Positions 37,484-47,469 of a stretch of DNA of 64,000 nucleotides are shown here, one piece after another; positions within the stretch are counted from its first letter, which is position 1; each line of letters starts with the position of its first letter. The stretch is from Candidatus Berkelbacteria bacterium (lineage in GTDB: Bacteria; Patescibacteriota; UBA1384; 2-12-FULL-50-11). The position numbers were made by a program, and so were the translations under genes. Under the pieces are notes generated by a model. The model saw nothing but the letters and a program-made list of their open reading frames with translations. It had not been told where the DNA came from and made no database searches. Where the stretch lies: positions 151,113 to 215,112 of the forward strand of contig CP066697.1 in assembly GCA_016432625.1 (NCBI GenBank). The letters are read 5' to 3'.

Positions 37484-39493
37484 ATGCCAGAGCCTATCAC
37501 GCTTTCAAGCAGTATCACCAAATTGTATGGCGTGGGAGAGCAAGTGCAGACCAAGCTCTCTAAGCTCGGCGTCAAAACCGTCAGAGACCTGCTTGAATTA
37601 TTGCCTCATCGCGCCGAAGATCGGACGAACCTTTGTTTGATTAAAGATTTAAAGATCCAAGACGAAGCGGTGATTCACGGCACGATAACTCGTGTCAGCG
37701 CCCGGATGAGCAAGCGCGGTGTTTTGGTAATTGAAGCGAGAGTTAAAGATAACAGCGGCTCGATTAACGCAGTTTGGTTCAATCAACGTTACTTGCTGAA
37801 GAATTTAGAAGAGGGACAAAGCATCAGTCTTTACGGCGCTAAACGAATTGTACCGACAATGGGGAACCCGTTTTTCGTTAAGAAAATTATTTCTAACTTG
37901 GAAATTGCTCCTATATATCCCGGAACCTCGGGTCTGAATCAGGCAACAATCAGCCGATTGATTTCGCAAGTTCGGCCGCTCCTAACCAGCATTAAGGATA
38001 TTATCCCACCCAAAGTCGTGACAGAACTTGGCCTGCCGTCACGTCGGTTAGCGTTGGAAGCGGCGCATTTTTCGCCAAACGAAAAAACCTTAGAACAAGC
38101 ACGCAAGTTACTTGGCTTCGAAGAGCTATTTATACTGTGTTTGCAGGCTTTGGTTGCCAAAGAGTCTCGTCAAGAGGATCGGGCGATGAGCATTAAGCCT
38201 GAGGGTAAAGAAATCGCAAGAATAAAAAGTAGTGTTGGTTTTGATTTAACGGCTTCTCAGGAGGAAGTGCTGTCGGAAGTGATCTCGGATCTAAGCGAAT
38301 CTTACCCGATGAACCGCTTGCTCTACGGAGAAGTTGGTAGTGGCAAGACGGCAGTTGGTTTGATAGCGGCGGCAATGGTCGCCCGACGAGGCAAAAAAGT
38401 GGTTTGGCTTAGTCCAACAACGGCGCTTGCCAACCAGCAAGCGCGGCTAACGGGAGAATATTGTAATAAGTTACAGTTAACTTGTAGTCTACTGACCGGT
38501 CACCATAAGGATCCACATGAAAAGGCGTCAGTTATCGTTGGTACGCACGTTCTTTTGCAAGAGAAGGTTACCTTGGGAGATGTGGGGCTGGTGGTTATCG
38601 ATGAGCAGCATAGGTTCGGGGTCGACCAGCGCAACTTCTTACTGAAAAATCATCCGCACGCCCATTTATTAATGCTCAGCGCTACGCCAATTCCTCGCAC
38701 ACTCGCGCACACCCTCTTCGGCCACTTAGATGTTAGCTATTTGACCGAAAAACCATCACATCAAAAACCGATTGAGACATATGTCTTTGAAGACGATGAG
38801 CGCGAGAAAGTTGAAGCGCATATTAATAAGCGACTCGAAAGCAAACAGCAAGGGTATATCATTTGCCCACTTATTAATCCGACAGGAAATACGACAACGC
38901 TATTCCAAAGCGAACGAAAAGCCGTGACGACTGAGCTGAAGCGTGTTGAAGAGGCGCATCCTACGGCCAAAGTCGGTCTCTTGCACGGAAGATTAAAGCA
39001 GGAAGATAAGGAGGCGGTAATGCAAGGTTTCATGGAGGGGGAGATCGACATCCTGCTTTCCACAAGCGTAGTAGAAGTTGGCATCGATAATAAAAACGCC
39101 ACTTGGATATTAATTGAGGAGGCAGATTGTTTCGGGCTGAGCCAGCTTCATCAATTGCGTGGTCGAGTTGGCCGAGGTGAACGGCCGTCGGTTTGTTTTC
39201 TGCAAAATTCACAAACTACTGAGCACGCAACTGAGAGATTGAAAGCTTTGAGGAACGCTAAAGATGGTTTAGAAATAGCTGAGTTTGATTTAAAGTTTCG
39301 CGGGCCGGGCAATATCGCGGGTTACGAGCAAAGCGGCTTGCCCAATCTTCGTTACGCTGACTTAAATGACCTCGGGGAAATAAAAAAAGCATATACTGCA
39401 GCTAAGGAAATTATGGACGAAGGGTTGAGTAAGTATCCGCTGCTAACAAAACAGCTAAAGAATGGTCAGGAAAATGGACTTGCCGCGGCTTGA
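37484..39493 (+). CDS. recG: ATP-dependent DNA helicase RecG
   Basis: N-terminal wedge/HhH (KLYGVGEQVQTKLSKLGVKTVRDLL); helicase motif I GEVGSGKT; DEQHRFGV; QLRGRVGRG. The ORF-track TTG at 37448 is possible but the ATG at 37484 was preferred. Confidence 0.85.
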   Translation: MPEPITLSSSITKLYGVGEQVQTKLSKLGVKTVRDLLELLPHRAEDRTNLCLIKDLKIQDEAVIHGTITRVSARMSKRGVLVIEARVKDNSGSINAVWFNQRYLLKNLEEGQSISLYGAKRIVPTMGNPFFVKKIISNLEIAPIYPGTSGLNQATISRLISQVRPLLTSIKDIIPPKVVTELGLPSRRLALEAAHFSPNEKTLEQARKLLGFEELFILCLQALVAKESRQEDRAMSIKPEGKEIARIKSSVGFDLTASQEEVLSEVISDLSESYPMNRLLYGEVGSGKTAVGLIAAAMVARRGKKVVWLSPTTALANQQARLTGEYCNKLQLTCSLLTGHHKDPHEKASVIVGTHVLLQEKVTLGDVGLVVIDEQHRFGVDQRNFLLKNHPHAHLLMLSATPIPRTLAHTLFGHLDVSYLTEKPSHQKPIETYVFEDDEREKVEAHINKRLESKQQGYIICPLINPTGNTTTLFQSERKAVTTELKRVEEAHPTAKVGLLHGRLKQEDKEAVMQGFMEGEIDILLSTSVVEVGIDNKNATWILIEEADCFGLSQLHQLRGRVGRGERPSVCFLQNSQTTEHATERLKALRNAKDGLEIAEFDLKFRGPGNIAGYEQSGLPNLRYADLNDLGEIKKAYTAAKEIMDEGLSKYPLLTKQLKNGQENGLAAA

Positions 39494-39911
39494 AGAGCAG
39501 CTTAGTCACCGGTTCGGCTGGGTGGTGACGTTATTTCTTGTTGCTGGAACGGCCTTCATCCTCGGTCGGCAGTATCAACCAAGAATCGAGACGACCTCGG
39601 GGGACGAGGTCGTCAGCGCTAGCCAACCGGCGGGCATAATTCAGGATATTCAACAGTCGCTATCTAGCGGAACCGATACCGACGTTGTCACTTCTAGCGA
39701 CCCTATCGCTGAAAGCACGGGGATTGTTCACCTAAATAGCGCCACTCTTGCCGAGCTCGACAAGTTACCCGGGATCGGTCCAACGAAAGCTCGAGCCATT
39801 ATTGACTACCGGACGGCCAATGGCCCGTTTGTTCGCGTTGACGATCTCGTGAACGTAAAAGGTATTGGACCAGCGACGTTAGAGAAACTGCGTAGCCAAA
39901 TTACCTTATAA
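39462..39911 (+). CDS. comEA: Competence protein ComEA (helix-hairpin-helix DNA-binding, membrane-anchored)
   Basis: N-terminal TM helix and C-terminal HhH pair VHLNSATLAELDKLPGIGPTKARAIIDYR...LVNVKGIGPATLEKL. Confidence 0.8.
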   Translation: MVRKMDLPRLEEQLSHRFGWVVTLFLVAGTAFILGRQYQPRIETTSGDEVVSASQPAGIIQDIQQSLSSGTDTDVVTSSDPIAESTGIVHLNSATLAELDKLPGIGPTKARAIIDYRTANGPFVRVDDLVNVKGIGPATLEKLRSQITL

Positions 39912-39961
39912 CTGCTGAATTTGTTCGAGATTTTTGTTAAAATTAACCAGTTAATTAGGCA

Positions 39962-40044
39962 GCCGGGATGGCGAAATGGTAGACGCACTAGCTTTAGGAG
40001 CTAGCGGGAGCAATCCCATGGAGGTTCAAGTCCTCTTCCCGGCA
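39962..40044 (+). tRNA. tRNA-Leu (anticodon TAG)
   Basis: Acceptor GCCGGGA/TCCCGGC, anticodon arm CTAGC-TTTAGGA-GCTAG, long variable arm, T-arm GGAGG-TTCAAGT-CCTCT, discriminator A. Confidence 0.85.
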
Positions 40045-40141
40045 CTGAACCCAAGGTTCACTACGAACCGCCGAAGGCGGTGAAGTGCCAAGCACGTTAG
40101 TGCGAGCGGTCCTCTCCCAGGCACGGACGAGTTAGGTTAGA

Positions 40142-41173
40142 ATGTGCAAAATGCCTCTGACGGTTCTCGAGGAAAGAATATTAGATTCGATTATTGTTGC
40201 CTCAGACAACGACCCCGCAAAGCCGGAGTTTCCTGCCGATGATCCGAAGTTTCCAGCAACGCCGACATACAAAATCGAAATCCCAGGTTTTAGTAATGTT
40301 TGGCTTAAAGATGAGTCGCATAACCCAACTGGCACCCACAAAGACCGGATGGCCTGGGAGATCATCGTCACCTACCGTGACTTTTTAGTAGCAAAAGAGA
40401 GCGGCCAAGTCTCCGGCGGACTGCCGACGCTGTCCATTATCTCCTCGGGTGGAGCAGCAGTTTCTATCCAGACCCAGTTACGTAAATATAAACTACCGAA
40501 CCTCAAGGTCTTAGCCGACAAGACGACATCAAAAACCATACTGGCTTTTCTGCACCATTTAGGATGCGAACTTTATCTAACCGATTTATCCAGGCGGCCA
40601 TTTAGTACTAGGGAGATTCTGAAGCTAACGAACAATCCTAGCGGTTTCGATATTACTTCAAGCGAAGCGCTTGATCCGACAACAAGATTTTATGACTGGT
40701 TAAGTTATGAGGTTCTTAATAATTCACCGGAATATTGCTTTATCCCTTTCGGGACTGGGAATCTTTACGAGAACATACTCAATATAAATAAGCGGGAGGC
40801 GACGGCCGACACACACGATCCGCGTTTCAAAGGCGATGTTCGGATTTTGCGACAGTGCAACTTTTTTGGCGCTACATCAAACAACCGCAATACCAAAGCC
40901 GACAAGCTATATTCGCCGCACTTGCCGTTCGTACACTACGACGAGCAGTGGATCCGGTTTTATCGCCAAGCCGGTTACTGCGGTCCCGATTCTGATGTCT
41001 TTCCGGTGGAGGAGAAGTACTTCGATGAAGCAATGCAACTAGCTGATGCTAATAACGTGAGGTGTGAGTACTCAGGGATCGCTGGACTAGCGCTAATGTT
41101 GCAGATGAAAGACTCCCTGCCGCGTGACAAGAAAATGTTGATAGTAAATACCGGTAAATCCGTCTCCTCATAG
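40142..41173 (+). CDS. Divergent PLP-dependent enzyme of the tryptophan-synthase-beta/threonine-synthase-like (PALP, fold type II) family
   Basis: KDESHNPTGTHKDR matches the PALP PLP-lysine motif (K-x-E-x-x-NPTGS-x-KDR). A later Gly-rich loop FIPFGTGNLYE is present. Otherwise low similarity to characterised members. Confidence 0.55.
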   Translation: MCKMPLTVLEERILDSIIVASDNDPAKPEFPADDPKFPATPTYKIEIPGFSNVWLKDESHNPTGTHKDRMAWEIIVTYRDFLVAKESGQVSGGLPTLSIISSGGAAVSIQTQLRKYKLPNLKVLADKTTSKTILAFLHHLGCELYLTDLSRRPFSTREILKLTNNPSGFDITSSEALDPTTRFYDWLSYEVLNNSPEYCFIPFGTGNLYENILNINKREATADTHDPRFKGDVRILRQCNFFGATSNNRNTKADKLYSPHLPFVHYDEQWIRFYRQAGYCGPDSDVFPVEEKYFDEAMQLADANNVRCEYSGIAGLALMLQMKDSLPRDKKMLIVNTGKSVSS

Positions 41174-41382
41174 CTGGTGTTACAGCAACTCCCAAAGGTG
41201 CCTGAAAATCGATGAATATGGTCCAGAACGAGGTTTTCGTGCGTCTCCAAACCTAACAAAAGAAGGGCTTGGCGGCTTGATTTAGCGACCTAAAGTGTGT
41301 AAGATTTGGGGCGTCCAAAGCTCTTTTACGGGGCAATGGCGCAAATCTCATCACTGAATGGATCCGAAAGGAGTAGAAAAGA

Positions 41383-42366
41383 TTGAAGTTTCTCCGATCT
41401 CTAAAGGAATACCTCCTCTTTGCCTGGGAATACCTGACGCATGACCCGGGCAAGGGGCGCTACGCCCTCCACATGTTCGCCAACACGGCCGACATGTACT
41501 TTTTCGTTAACAGGGGTGGCGTCTTAAGGGGATCAGAGAACCCGGCCACTCAACTGACTCGTCAACGGCTCGGCGGCAGCTACAAACCGCTCCTGCCTAA
41601 TGAGGACCTCGGTATGGTTATCGAGTGCCTCGAGACTGGACAGCCCAAGGAAATCTTTGGGTTATTCGACGGCAAACGTGCCGTCTGGACCTGCACGCCT
41701 AGGCTCGGAACCGGCGAAGTGATGGTTTGCCTCTCGGTTGAACGAGGGGAGCTAATCCACCAAGCCACGATCCACCCCTTGAGCGGCCTACGTAACAGGT
41801 TGGCCTTCGAGACTGACTTAGACCGGATGCCTTCGGTCGAGAACGGCACCTACGAAGCCATAGTGTTCATTGATGTCGACAACTTTGGCGACTTCAATAG
41901 CAGCCTTGGCCACGAAATAGGTGATTTCGTCATCCGCGAGGTGGGTCATGCCACCAGGGAACAGTTCCGCCAGATCGACATGTCGTACACCTACGGTGGC
42001 GATGAGGAGGTCGTGCGAATGCGCGAGATACCTGGCGAATTTGCTGAAGCGAAGAAGGTCGTGGAACAGACGACCAAACTGCTTCAGCGCAGGATCGCTC
42101 GCATCAAGCACAAGGGCAAAGCACTTGGCATCACCGTCTCGATTGGCGTTACGCTTTTCGAGAGCGGTGAAACCGATCTGCAGCAGCGGATCAAGGAGGC
42201 CGACGACGCCCTCTACTTCGCCAAGGAAACAGGACGAGACAGGGTCTGCTTCTTCCAAGAAGTCGATCCGTCCTGGCTATCCGAACGCCGCAAAGTCGCT
42301 CCGACTATCGGAGCGACGGAGCAGAAACGGCCTGTTGTAGTGAAAACCGCAAAGAGCCCGGCCTAG
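41383..42366 (+). CDS. GGDEF-domain protein (diguanylate-cyclase-like; A-site reads GGDEE) with an uncharacterised N-terminal domain; TTG start
   Basis: VFIDVDNFGDFNSSLGHEIGDFVIREV...YGGDEEVV...ITVSIGVT...ADDALYFAKETGRDRV. GGDEF fold with F-to-E substitution in the signature. Confidence 0.6.
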   Translation: MKFLRSLKEYLLFAWEYLTHDPGKGRYALHMFANTADMYFFVNRGGVLRGSENPATQLTRQRLGGSYKPLLPNEDLGMVIECLETGQPKEIFGLFDGKRAVWTCTPRLGTGEVMVCLSVERGELIHQATIHPLSGLRNRLAFETDLDRMPSVENGTYEAIVFIDVDNFGDFNSSLGHEIGDFVIREVGHATREQFRQIDMSYTYGGDEEVVRMREIPGEFAEAKKVVEQTTKLLQRRIARIKHKGKALGITVSIGVTLFESGETDLQQRIKEADDALYFAKETGRDRVCFFQEVDPSWLSERRKVAPTIGATEQKRPVVVKTAKSPA

Positions 42367-42428
42367 TGCCGGGCTCGACTCTTACCCTCCAAGTTTTGTA
42401 TTAAAGAAACGTCCCTGTAACAATACGT

Positions 42429-43349
42429 TTGATGCTGAAGCGAAAAATAATCCTCGAACCTCGCGATCTTTGGTGGGAAGCTCAGGGCGTGTTTAATCCG
42501 GGGGTCGCTGAATATAATGGTCGCACCTATATGCTTTATCGCGCTTTTGGCCGCGATAATTTGTCGCGTCTTGGCCTAGCAATCTCAGAGGACGGCGAGC
42601 ATTTTGAACGATTTGATCAACCAATGCTCGAAGCGGATGAGCATAATCCGTACGAGCGTCTTGGTGTTGAAGACCCACGAATTACCAAAATCGACAAGGA
42701 TTATTACATCACCTACATCGCCGCCTCCGTCTACCCGGCGGACTATAAAGGGATGAGCGCGCACTCTTTGAATACCCCTGGGGTACCTTGGCGAGTGAGA
42801 GTTTGCGGATACCGAACCCGCGACTTCCGGACCTTCGAGAAGCTCGGCGTTCTCATTCCTAATTTAGACACCAAAAACCCAGCGCTCTTTAGCCGCAAAA
42901 TTCAAAATAACTATTGGTTAATTCATCGAATATCGCTGGCCATCTACGTCTCAGTTTCGACAAACTTGAAACAGTTTGGCGGTGGCTATCAACTGATGCA
43001 GCCGGAAACGGAGTGGGAAGCGGCCAAGGTTGGGGTTGCCTGCCCACCGCTCGAAACTGAGCACGGCTGGCTGATGTTTTATCACGGGGTTGACGAGAAA
43101 TCGGTCTACCATATCGGTGTCGCCCTCCTTGATCGTCAAAACCCCGCCTTTATCCTGAAGCGAACTAAAACGCCGCTCATGAGCCCAGAAGAGCCCTGGG
43201 AGAAGAAAGGCTATGTAAATAATGTTGTGTTCGTAACTGGTGTAACTGAGCGTCGGGGCATGCTGAATTTGTACTATGGGGGTGGCGATAAGGTAGTCGG
43301 TGTTGCTAAAATCTCAATTGATGCAGTACTTGAATCTCTCGATCGCTAA
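42429..43349 (+). CDS. GH130-family glycoside phosphorylase/hydrolase (beta-mannoside-phosphorylase-like, DUF377)
   Basis: FNPGVAEYNGRTYMLYRAFG...LGVEDPRITKIDKDYYITY, the 5-bladed beta-propeller GH130 pattern. Confidence 0.7.
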   Translation: MMLKRKIILEPRDLWWEAQGVFNPGVAEYNGRTYMLYRAFGRDNLSRLGLAISEDGEHFERFDQPMLEADEHNPYERLGVEDPRITKIDKDYYITYIAASVYPADYKGMSAHSLNTPGVPWRVRVCGYRTRDFRTFEKLGVLIPNLDTKNPALFSRKIQNNYWLIHRISLAIYVSVSTNLKQFGGGYQLMQPETEWEAAKVGVACPPLETEHGWLMFYHGVDEKSVYHIGVALLDRQNPAFILKRTKTPLMSPEEPWEKKGYVNNVVFVTGVTERRGMLNLYYGGGDKVVGVAKISIDAVLESLDR

Positions 43350-43641
43350 ATCAGGCTACGATCGGTGGCGATCGCTATCCGAAGAACATCGCCTAACTGT
43401 TAGATGGGCAATGGTGACGGCCATGACGGTGGCTGTCTACTTTTGGGCGCTATTCGTTATGCCAGAGAATCAGACGGTTATGCGTTATTTCTTGAGCCTT
43501 TATGTTGTTGATAGTATCGTTTTCTTCCTTATTTTTCGCGACTATCAAGCCCTTGGCAAGACAATGCTAGTCTTCCTTTTCGCCTTAGAATTGGTCGTCG
43601 CGCTTTACTACGGCTTCAATTATTTGAGCGCTGGGGTATGA
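43300..43641 (+). CDS. Small membrane protein preceding the GT2 gene
   Basis: 113 aa, three hydrophobic helices. Overlaps the GH130 end and the GT2 start. Confidence 0.4.
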   Translation: MLLKSQLMQYLNLSIAKSGYDRWRSLSEEHRLTVRWAMVTAMTVAVYFWALFVMPENQTVMRYFLSLYVVDSIVFFLIFRDYQALGKTMLVFLFALELVVALYYGFNYLSAGV

Positions 43642-45155
43642 AGCCTTTCCACGTTCGGTTGTGGGAGGTAATTCCTGGCTTCATGACCTGGTCAACGATC
43701 ATTCTGCTACTGCTCTTCTCTTTTAGCGAGCCGTATATAGTTGCGACGATCGTGATGATTTACTCGATCTACTGGTTGATTCGAATTTTTATCATGACAG
43801 GCTTTCTAATTGCCGGCTTTGTCCGCTACCGTCGCGAAATTGCCATTGATTGGCAGCAACGCCTCAAAACCGAATTTCCGCTTCGCGAGGAGGAGCTATA
43901 TCACTTGGCAATCGTACCCTCTTACAAAGAGGATATCTCGATCTTACGCCACACTTTAGACTCAATCCGGCGCAGTCATTACTCGCACCGAAAAATGATC
44001 GTGGTTTTGGCTTTTGAGGAACGTGACAAAGAGCTTGCGCCGCAGTACGCGCCGATTCTAACTCGTGAATACGAACACCAATTTGCGAAGTTTATGGTTA
44101 CGCACCATCCGACTGATATCCCGGGTGAAGTTCGCGGCAAAGGGCCGAATATTACCTGGGCGGCACGTCAGATAAAGGAATGGATTGACGACAAGAAAAT
44201 TCCTTATGAAAAAATTATTACCACCACCTTAGATGCGGATAACCGCGTCGACCCACAATATTTCGCGAATGTCGCTTGGGCATTTTTGAGTTCGGACGAC
44301 CCGCATCATAAAACGTTCCAACCGTTGCCGATGTTCTTCAATAATATTTGGCAAGTGCCATTGCCGGTCAAAATTACGGCTCTGAGCTCCACCTTCTGGC
44401 AAATGATTCAGGCGCTTAGGCCGCACCATGCCCGTAATTTTTCCGCTCACGCCCAGAGCTTTAAGGCTTTGGTCGAAACTGACTTCTGGTCAGTTACTAC
44501 TGTGGTCGAAGACGGCCATCAGTATTGGCGGTCATTCTTCCGCTTTAACGGTAATCACCGGATTGTGCCGATCTTTGTCCCGGTCTATCAAGACGCTGTG
44601 CAGGGGGAAAATATGTACGATACATTTCGCGAACAGTACCTGCAGCGCCGTAGGTGGTATTGGGGCGCTTCAGACATCCCTTACGTATTTCATATGTCGT
44701 TTCGTAACAGCAATATCCCCTTTTTCTACAAATGGCTGCAACTAGGACGACTGGTTGAGGCCCATTACTCTCTGGCGACTCAGTCCTTTATTCTGTTGAT
44801 CGGATGGTTGCCGTTGCTGGCGGTTTCCGAGTTTCGTACGACGGTTATTGGCTATAATTTCCCCGCCGTCTATCGCGCGGTTCTGGCCGCGGCTTGGATC
44901 GGCATGATTGCCAACATGACAATCGCCTCAAGCTTGGTACCGCCACGCCCAGGTAGTCGCGGCATGTACTGGCTTATGCTGGCTCGCGAGTGGGTTTTTG
45001 CACCGATTGCCATGCCGATCTCCGGAATTTTGTTTTCTGCCTTGCCGGCGATAGACTCACAGACCCGGATGTTAATAAATAAACCCTTTACCGTTTTCAA
45101 CGTCACGAAAAAAGCCGCAATACCGAGCGGAGTGTTACAAAAGAGCAGTCCTTAA
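43638..45155 (+). CDS. Processive family-2 glycosyltransferase (cellulose-synthase-like; membrane-embedded)
   Basis: N- and C-terminal TM helices. DxD (TLDADN). QYLQRRRWYWG matches the Q(Q/R)xRW motif of processive beta-glycan synthases. Confidence 0.7.
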   Translation: MKPFHVRLWEVIPGFMTWSTIILLLLFSFSEPYIVATIVMIYSIYWLIRIFIMTGFLIAGFVRYRREIAIDWQQRLKTEFPLREEELYHLAIVPSYKEDISILRHTLDSIRRSHYSHRKMIVVLAFEERDKELAPQYAPILTREYEHQFAKFMVTHHPTDIPGEVRGKGPNITWAARQIKEWIDDKKIPYEKIITTTLDADNRVDPQYFANVAWAFLSSDDPHHKTFQPLPMFFNNIWQVPLPVKITALSSTFWQMIQALRPHHARNFSAHAQSFKALVETDFWSVTTVVEDGHQYWRSFFRFNGNHRIVPIFVPVYQDAVQGENMYDTFREQYLQRRRWYWGASDIPYVFHMSFRNSNIPFFYKWLQLGRLVEAHYSLATQSFILLIGWLPLLAVSEFRTTVIGYNFPAVYRAVLAAAWIGMIANMTIASSLVPPRPGSRGMYWLMLAREWVFAPIAMPISGILFSALPAIDSQTRMLINKPFTVFNVTKKAAIPSGVLQKSSP

Positions 45156-45216
45156 CCTTCGCGAGGTATATGCGCAGTGCAATTATCCCCAGCGGCGTCG
45201 TCAGGATTAGCGAGAG

Positions 45217-45831
45217 CTAGTTGTTCTTGAGGTAGAAATTGTGGCTGCAGCTTTGCACGAAGTCGTCTTTGTCGCAGAGCTTGAACCCTAAGCTACCGCC
45301 GGTCTGGAATTCGGTGCTATATGGCTTCAGGTCGGTTGCGGGATCGGGCGCGCTATCGCTCATGTTGACCGATCGCTCAAGCCGACCCATAAGGTAGAAA
45401 CCTTTCGGCGTTTGTGACACGCCTTCGCTGACGGCAGTGTAGATGAATTGCCCGAAGTTGGCGTCATAACACTGTTCGCCGACGTGGAGCTGGTAGACGG
45501 GATCCTGAGGAATAGTGGTGACGTAGACTGGCGCGAGGAATTCTTTGTCGCCGTACGGCGGACAGCCAGAACCGCCAATTTTCTCAAGCTGCCAGCGGGC
45601 GATAAATAATCCACGGGGATTGGCGGTTATCGGCGGATAGTGTCTATTCTCGAGGTAGTACTGCTCTAGACCGTTCTTTATAAGTTGGAGGTCGGTGATT
45701 CGTTGATAATCGCGTGAGCGCACTAACGACGAGTTGTACATGTAGGTAGTAATGGTCACCAGGATCCCGATTATTGAAACAACCGTTAGCACCTCGACTA
45801 AAGTGAAGCCCCGTCGCAATGTTGAACGCAT
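45217..45831 (-). CDS. Type IV pilin / pseudopilin-like protein with a prepilin N-terminal cleavage/methylation motif
   Basis: MRSTLRRG|FTLVEVLTVVSIIGIL, the class III signal peptide (G-F-T-L-x-E). Start moved to the ATG at 45831. Confidence 0.7.
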   Translation of the reverse strand: MRSTLRRGFTLVEVLTVVSIIGILVTITTYMYNSSLVRSRDYQRITDLQLIKNGLEQYYLENRHYPPITANPRGLFIARWQLEKIGGSGCPPYGDKEFLAPVYVTTIPQDPVYQLHVGEQCYDANFGQFIYTAVSEGVSQTPKGFYLMGRLERSVNMSDSAPDPATDLKPYSTEFQTGGSLGFKLCDKDDFVQSCSHNFYLKNN

Positions 45832-45881
45832 AAAGCAAGTGTGCCGCAGAATTGCCCGGAGCGCAAACAAACGCTGGTACA

Positions 45882-46376
45882 ATGCTTCTAATGAGCGATC
45901 TATTGTGGATTTTCAGTTCGGTGGTGCTGATGTTGCCGGCTGTGGTAGGTATTTTCATTCCGGTTGTTCCTGGGATACCGCTGATGTTCTTAGTGGCGTT
46001 AGTTTTTGGTTTTATTAATAAGTTCGCAGCATTGACTGCTAGTGAGCTTGTAATCTTGCTGACAATTGCCCTGGTTTCAATCGCTGTTGATTATCTTGCC
46101 GGGGTCTTGGGCGCCAAATACTCCGGCGCCTCAGCCCGTGCCTTGGTAATTGGTTTCATCTGTATGATTCTCGGCGTGCTTATCTTGCCGCCGTTTGGTG
46201 GCTTGATAGGTTTGTTTATCGGCGTATTGGTGGCGGAGCTCGGAAATCGCACTCACCGCGAAGCAATCAGGGCGGCAACTGGCAGTCTAATCGGCGCCTT
46301 AACGGGAATCCTTATCAATTTCTTGCTAGCGCTACTCTTTATCACCCTTTTCATTATTTTTGCCTGGCCGCGCTAA
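45882..46376 (+). CDS. DUF456-family membrane protein
   Basis: Four TM helices with conserved PVVPG and GxLGA motifs typical of DUF456. Confidence 0.5.
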   Translation: MLLMSDLLWIFSSVVLMLPAVVGIFIPVVPGIPLMFLVALVFGFINKFAALTASELVILLTIALVSIAVDYLAGVLGAKYSGASARALVIGFICMILGVLILPPFGGLIGLFIGVLVAELGNRTHREAIRAATGSLIGALTGILINFLLALLFITLFIIFAWPR

Positions 46377-46409
46377 ATTTTCTTGACAGCCGAAGGTAGC
46401 TAACGGAGT

Positions 46410-47192
46410 ATGGAAGTAATGAAACTCAGGCGGTTACTGGCTTTAACTGTCGGGCGCAATCTGCTTATTGCCGCGGTTTTTGCGTCGGTTGGCGTCGTGC
46501 TACTCTTGACCGCTCCCAAGGAGAAACCTGTACAGGCCCAAGTTGGTGGGCAATACAGCGCCAATTGGGAAGCGACCCACCTACTTATCGCTCGCTTGGT
46601 TCAACCTGACCTGTTAACTAAACAGAAGTGTGAAACCGTGAACTCAGTGACTCGCCCTTACGGTGAGCCCGCTAACTCGGAAGTGGCCATCGGCCCGTCC
46701 CGCTGGGAGGTAAGAGGTCAGATGGATGACGGCTCTCGGTTTAAAGAAATCTGGACCACGGCCCAGATCCCTGCTCGGATCACTTACGGTGAGGGAACCT
46801 GGTACACGAACTGGTTTTTCAACGGTTACTGCAGTACACCTGGCTTAAAGTTAAAGATTATGGGTAACCAGAACCAGGAAGACTGGATCATCGGCTTCAT
46901 GCAGGACAGAAGCCTAGGAATGTCGGCGATGGAATTTCGGACAATCGGTGTCAACGACGCGATGACTAATACTAGTAACTATCCTGATGGTAACGTACGG
47001 AACATCAGTAAAACGACTTCTTGCCAACGAACAAACCGCTGTGTCTTTACAACCGGTCCGTATGCCTGGACGACTTTCCACGAAATCGACCAAGCTACCG
47101 AAAGTAAGTACGAGAATGTCGGAACCTTAATACCTGCTCACTGGGATGTGAGGGGTACGTTATGTCCTGTGGGGGATAACCGTTGTGATTAA
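46410..47192 (+). CDS. Secreted Cys-containing protein, paralog 1 of 3 (novel family)
   Basis: Signal peptide. Shares with the two downstream ORFs the motifs W(E/T)V(R/K)G, FKE(I/V)W(T/S)..Q(I/L)P, TTSCQ, HEID and the C-terminal GD(N/T)RCD. Six conserved Cys. Confidence 0.6.
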   Translation: MEVMKLRRLLALTVGRNLLIAAVFASVGVVLLLTAPKEKPVQAQVGGQYSANWEATHLLIARLVQPDLLTKQKCETVNSVTRPYGEPANSEVAIGPSRWEVRGQMDDGSRFKEIWTTAQIPARITYGEGTWYTNWFFNGYCSTPGLKLKIMGNQNQEDWIIGFMQDRSLGMSAMEFRTIGVNDAMTNTSNYPDGNVRNISKTTSCQRTNRCVFTTGPYAWTTFHEIDQATESKYENVGTLIPAHWDVRGTLCPVGDNRCD

Positions 47193-47469
47193 TATGACGC
47201 CGCAAAAGTTTTCGAACGCAGTTTTGGCCTTGAGCGTGCTAGTTTTGCTTTTGGGTATCTCAACATATTGGCAAAGTAACGCGGAGCCAAATCTTGACTC
47301 AAAGACCTCGGTTACAGAGCGGGACGCCGCACTTTCGAGAGCTAGAATCGGCGACGGCACGTATAGTTTCTCAACTAGCTTCATCCCAGGGCTTGGCTAC
47401 ATCGGCTCTGCCGAGCAGACCAGACAAAAATTTAAGCAAGATAATAAAGGAGCGATAACCAACCAATGA
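47185..47469 (+). CDS. Small secreted hypothetical protein between paralogs 1 and 2
   Basis: 94 aa with an N-terminal signal-like hydrophobic segment. Confidence 0.35.
   Translation: MINMTPQKFSNAVLALSVLVLLLGISTYWQSNAEPNLDSKTSVTERDAALSRARIGDGTYSFSTSFIPGLGYIGSAEQTRQKFKQDNKGAITNQ

Noticed and set aside
41383-42366. Functional diguanylate cyclase call for the GGDEF protein
   Set aside because: The signature reads GGDEE rather than GG(D/E)EF, so catalytic activity is uncertain. Annotated as a GGDEF-domain protein only.
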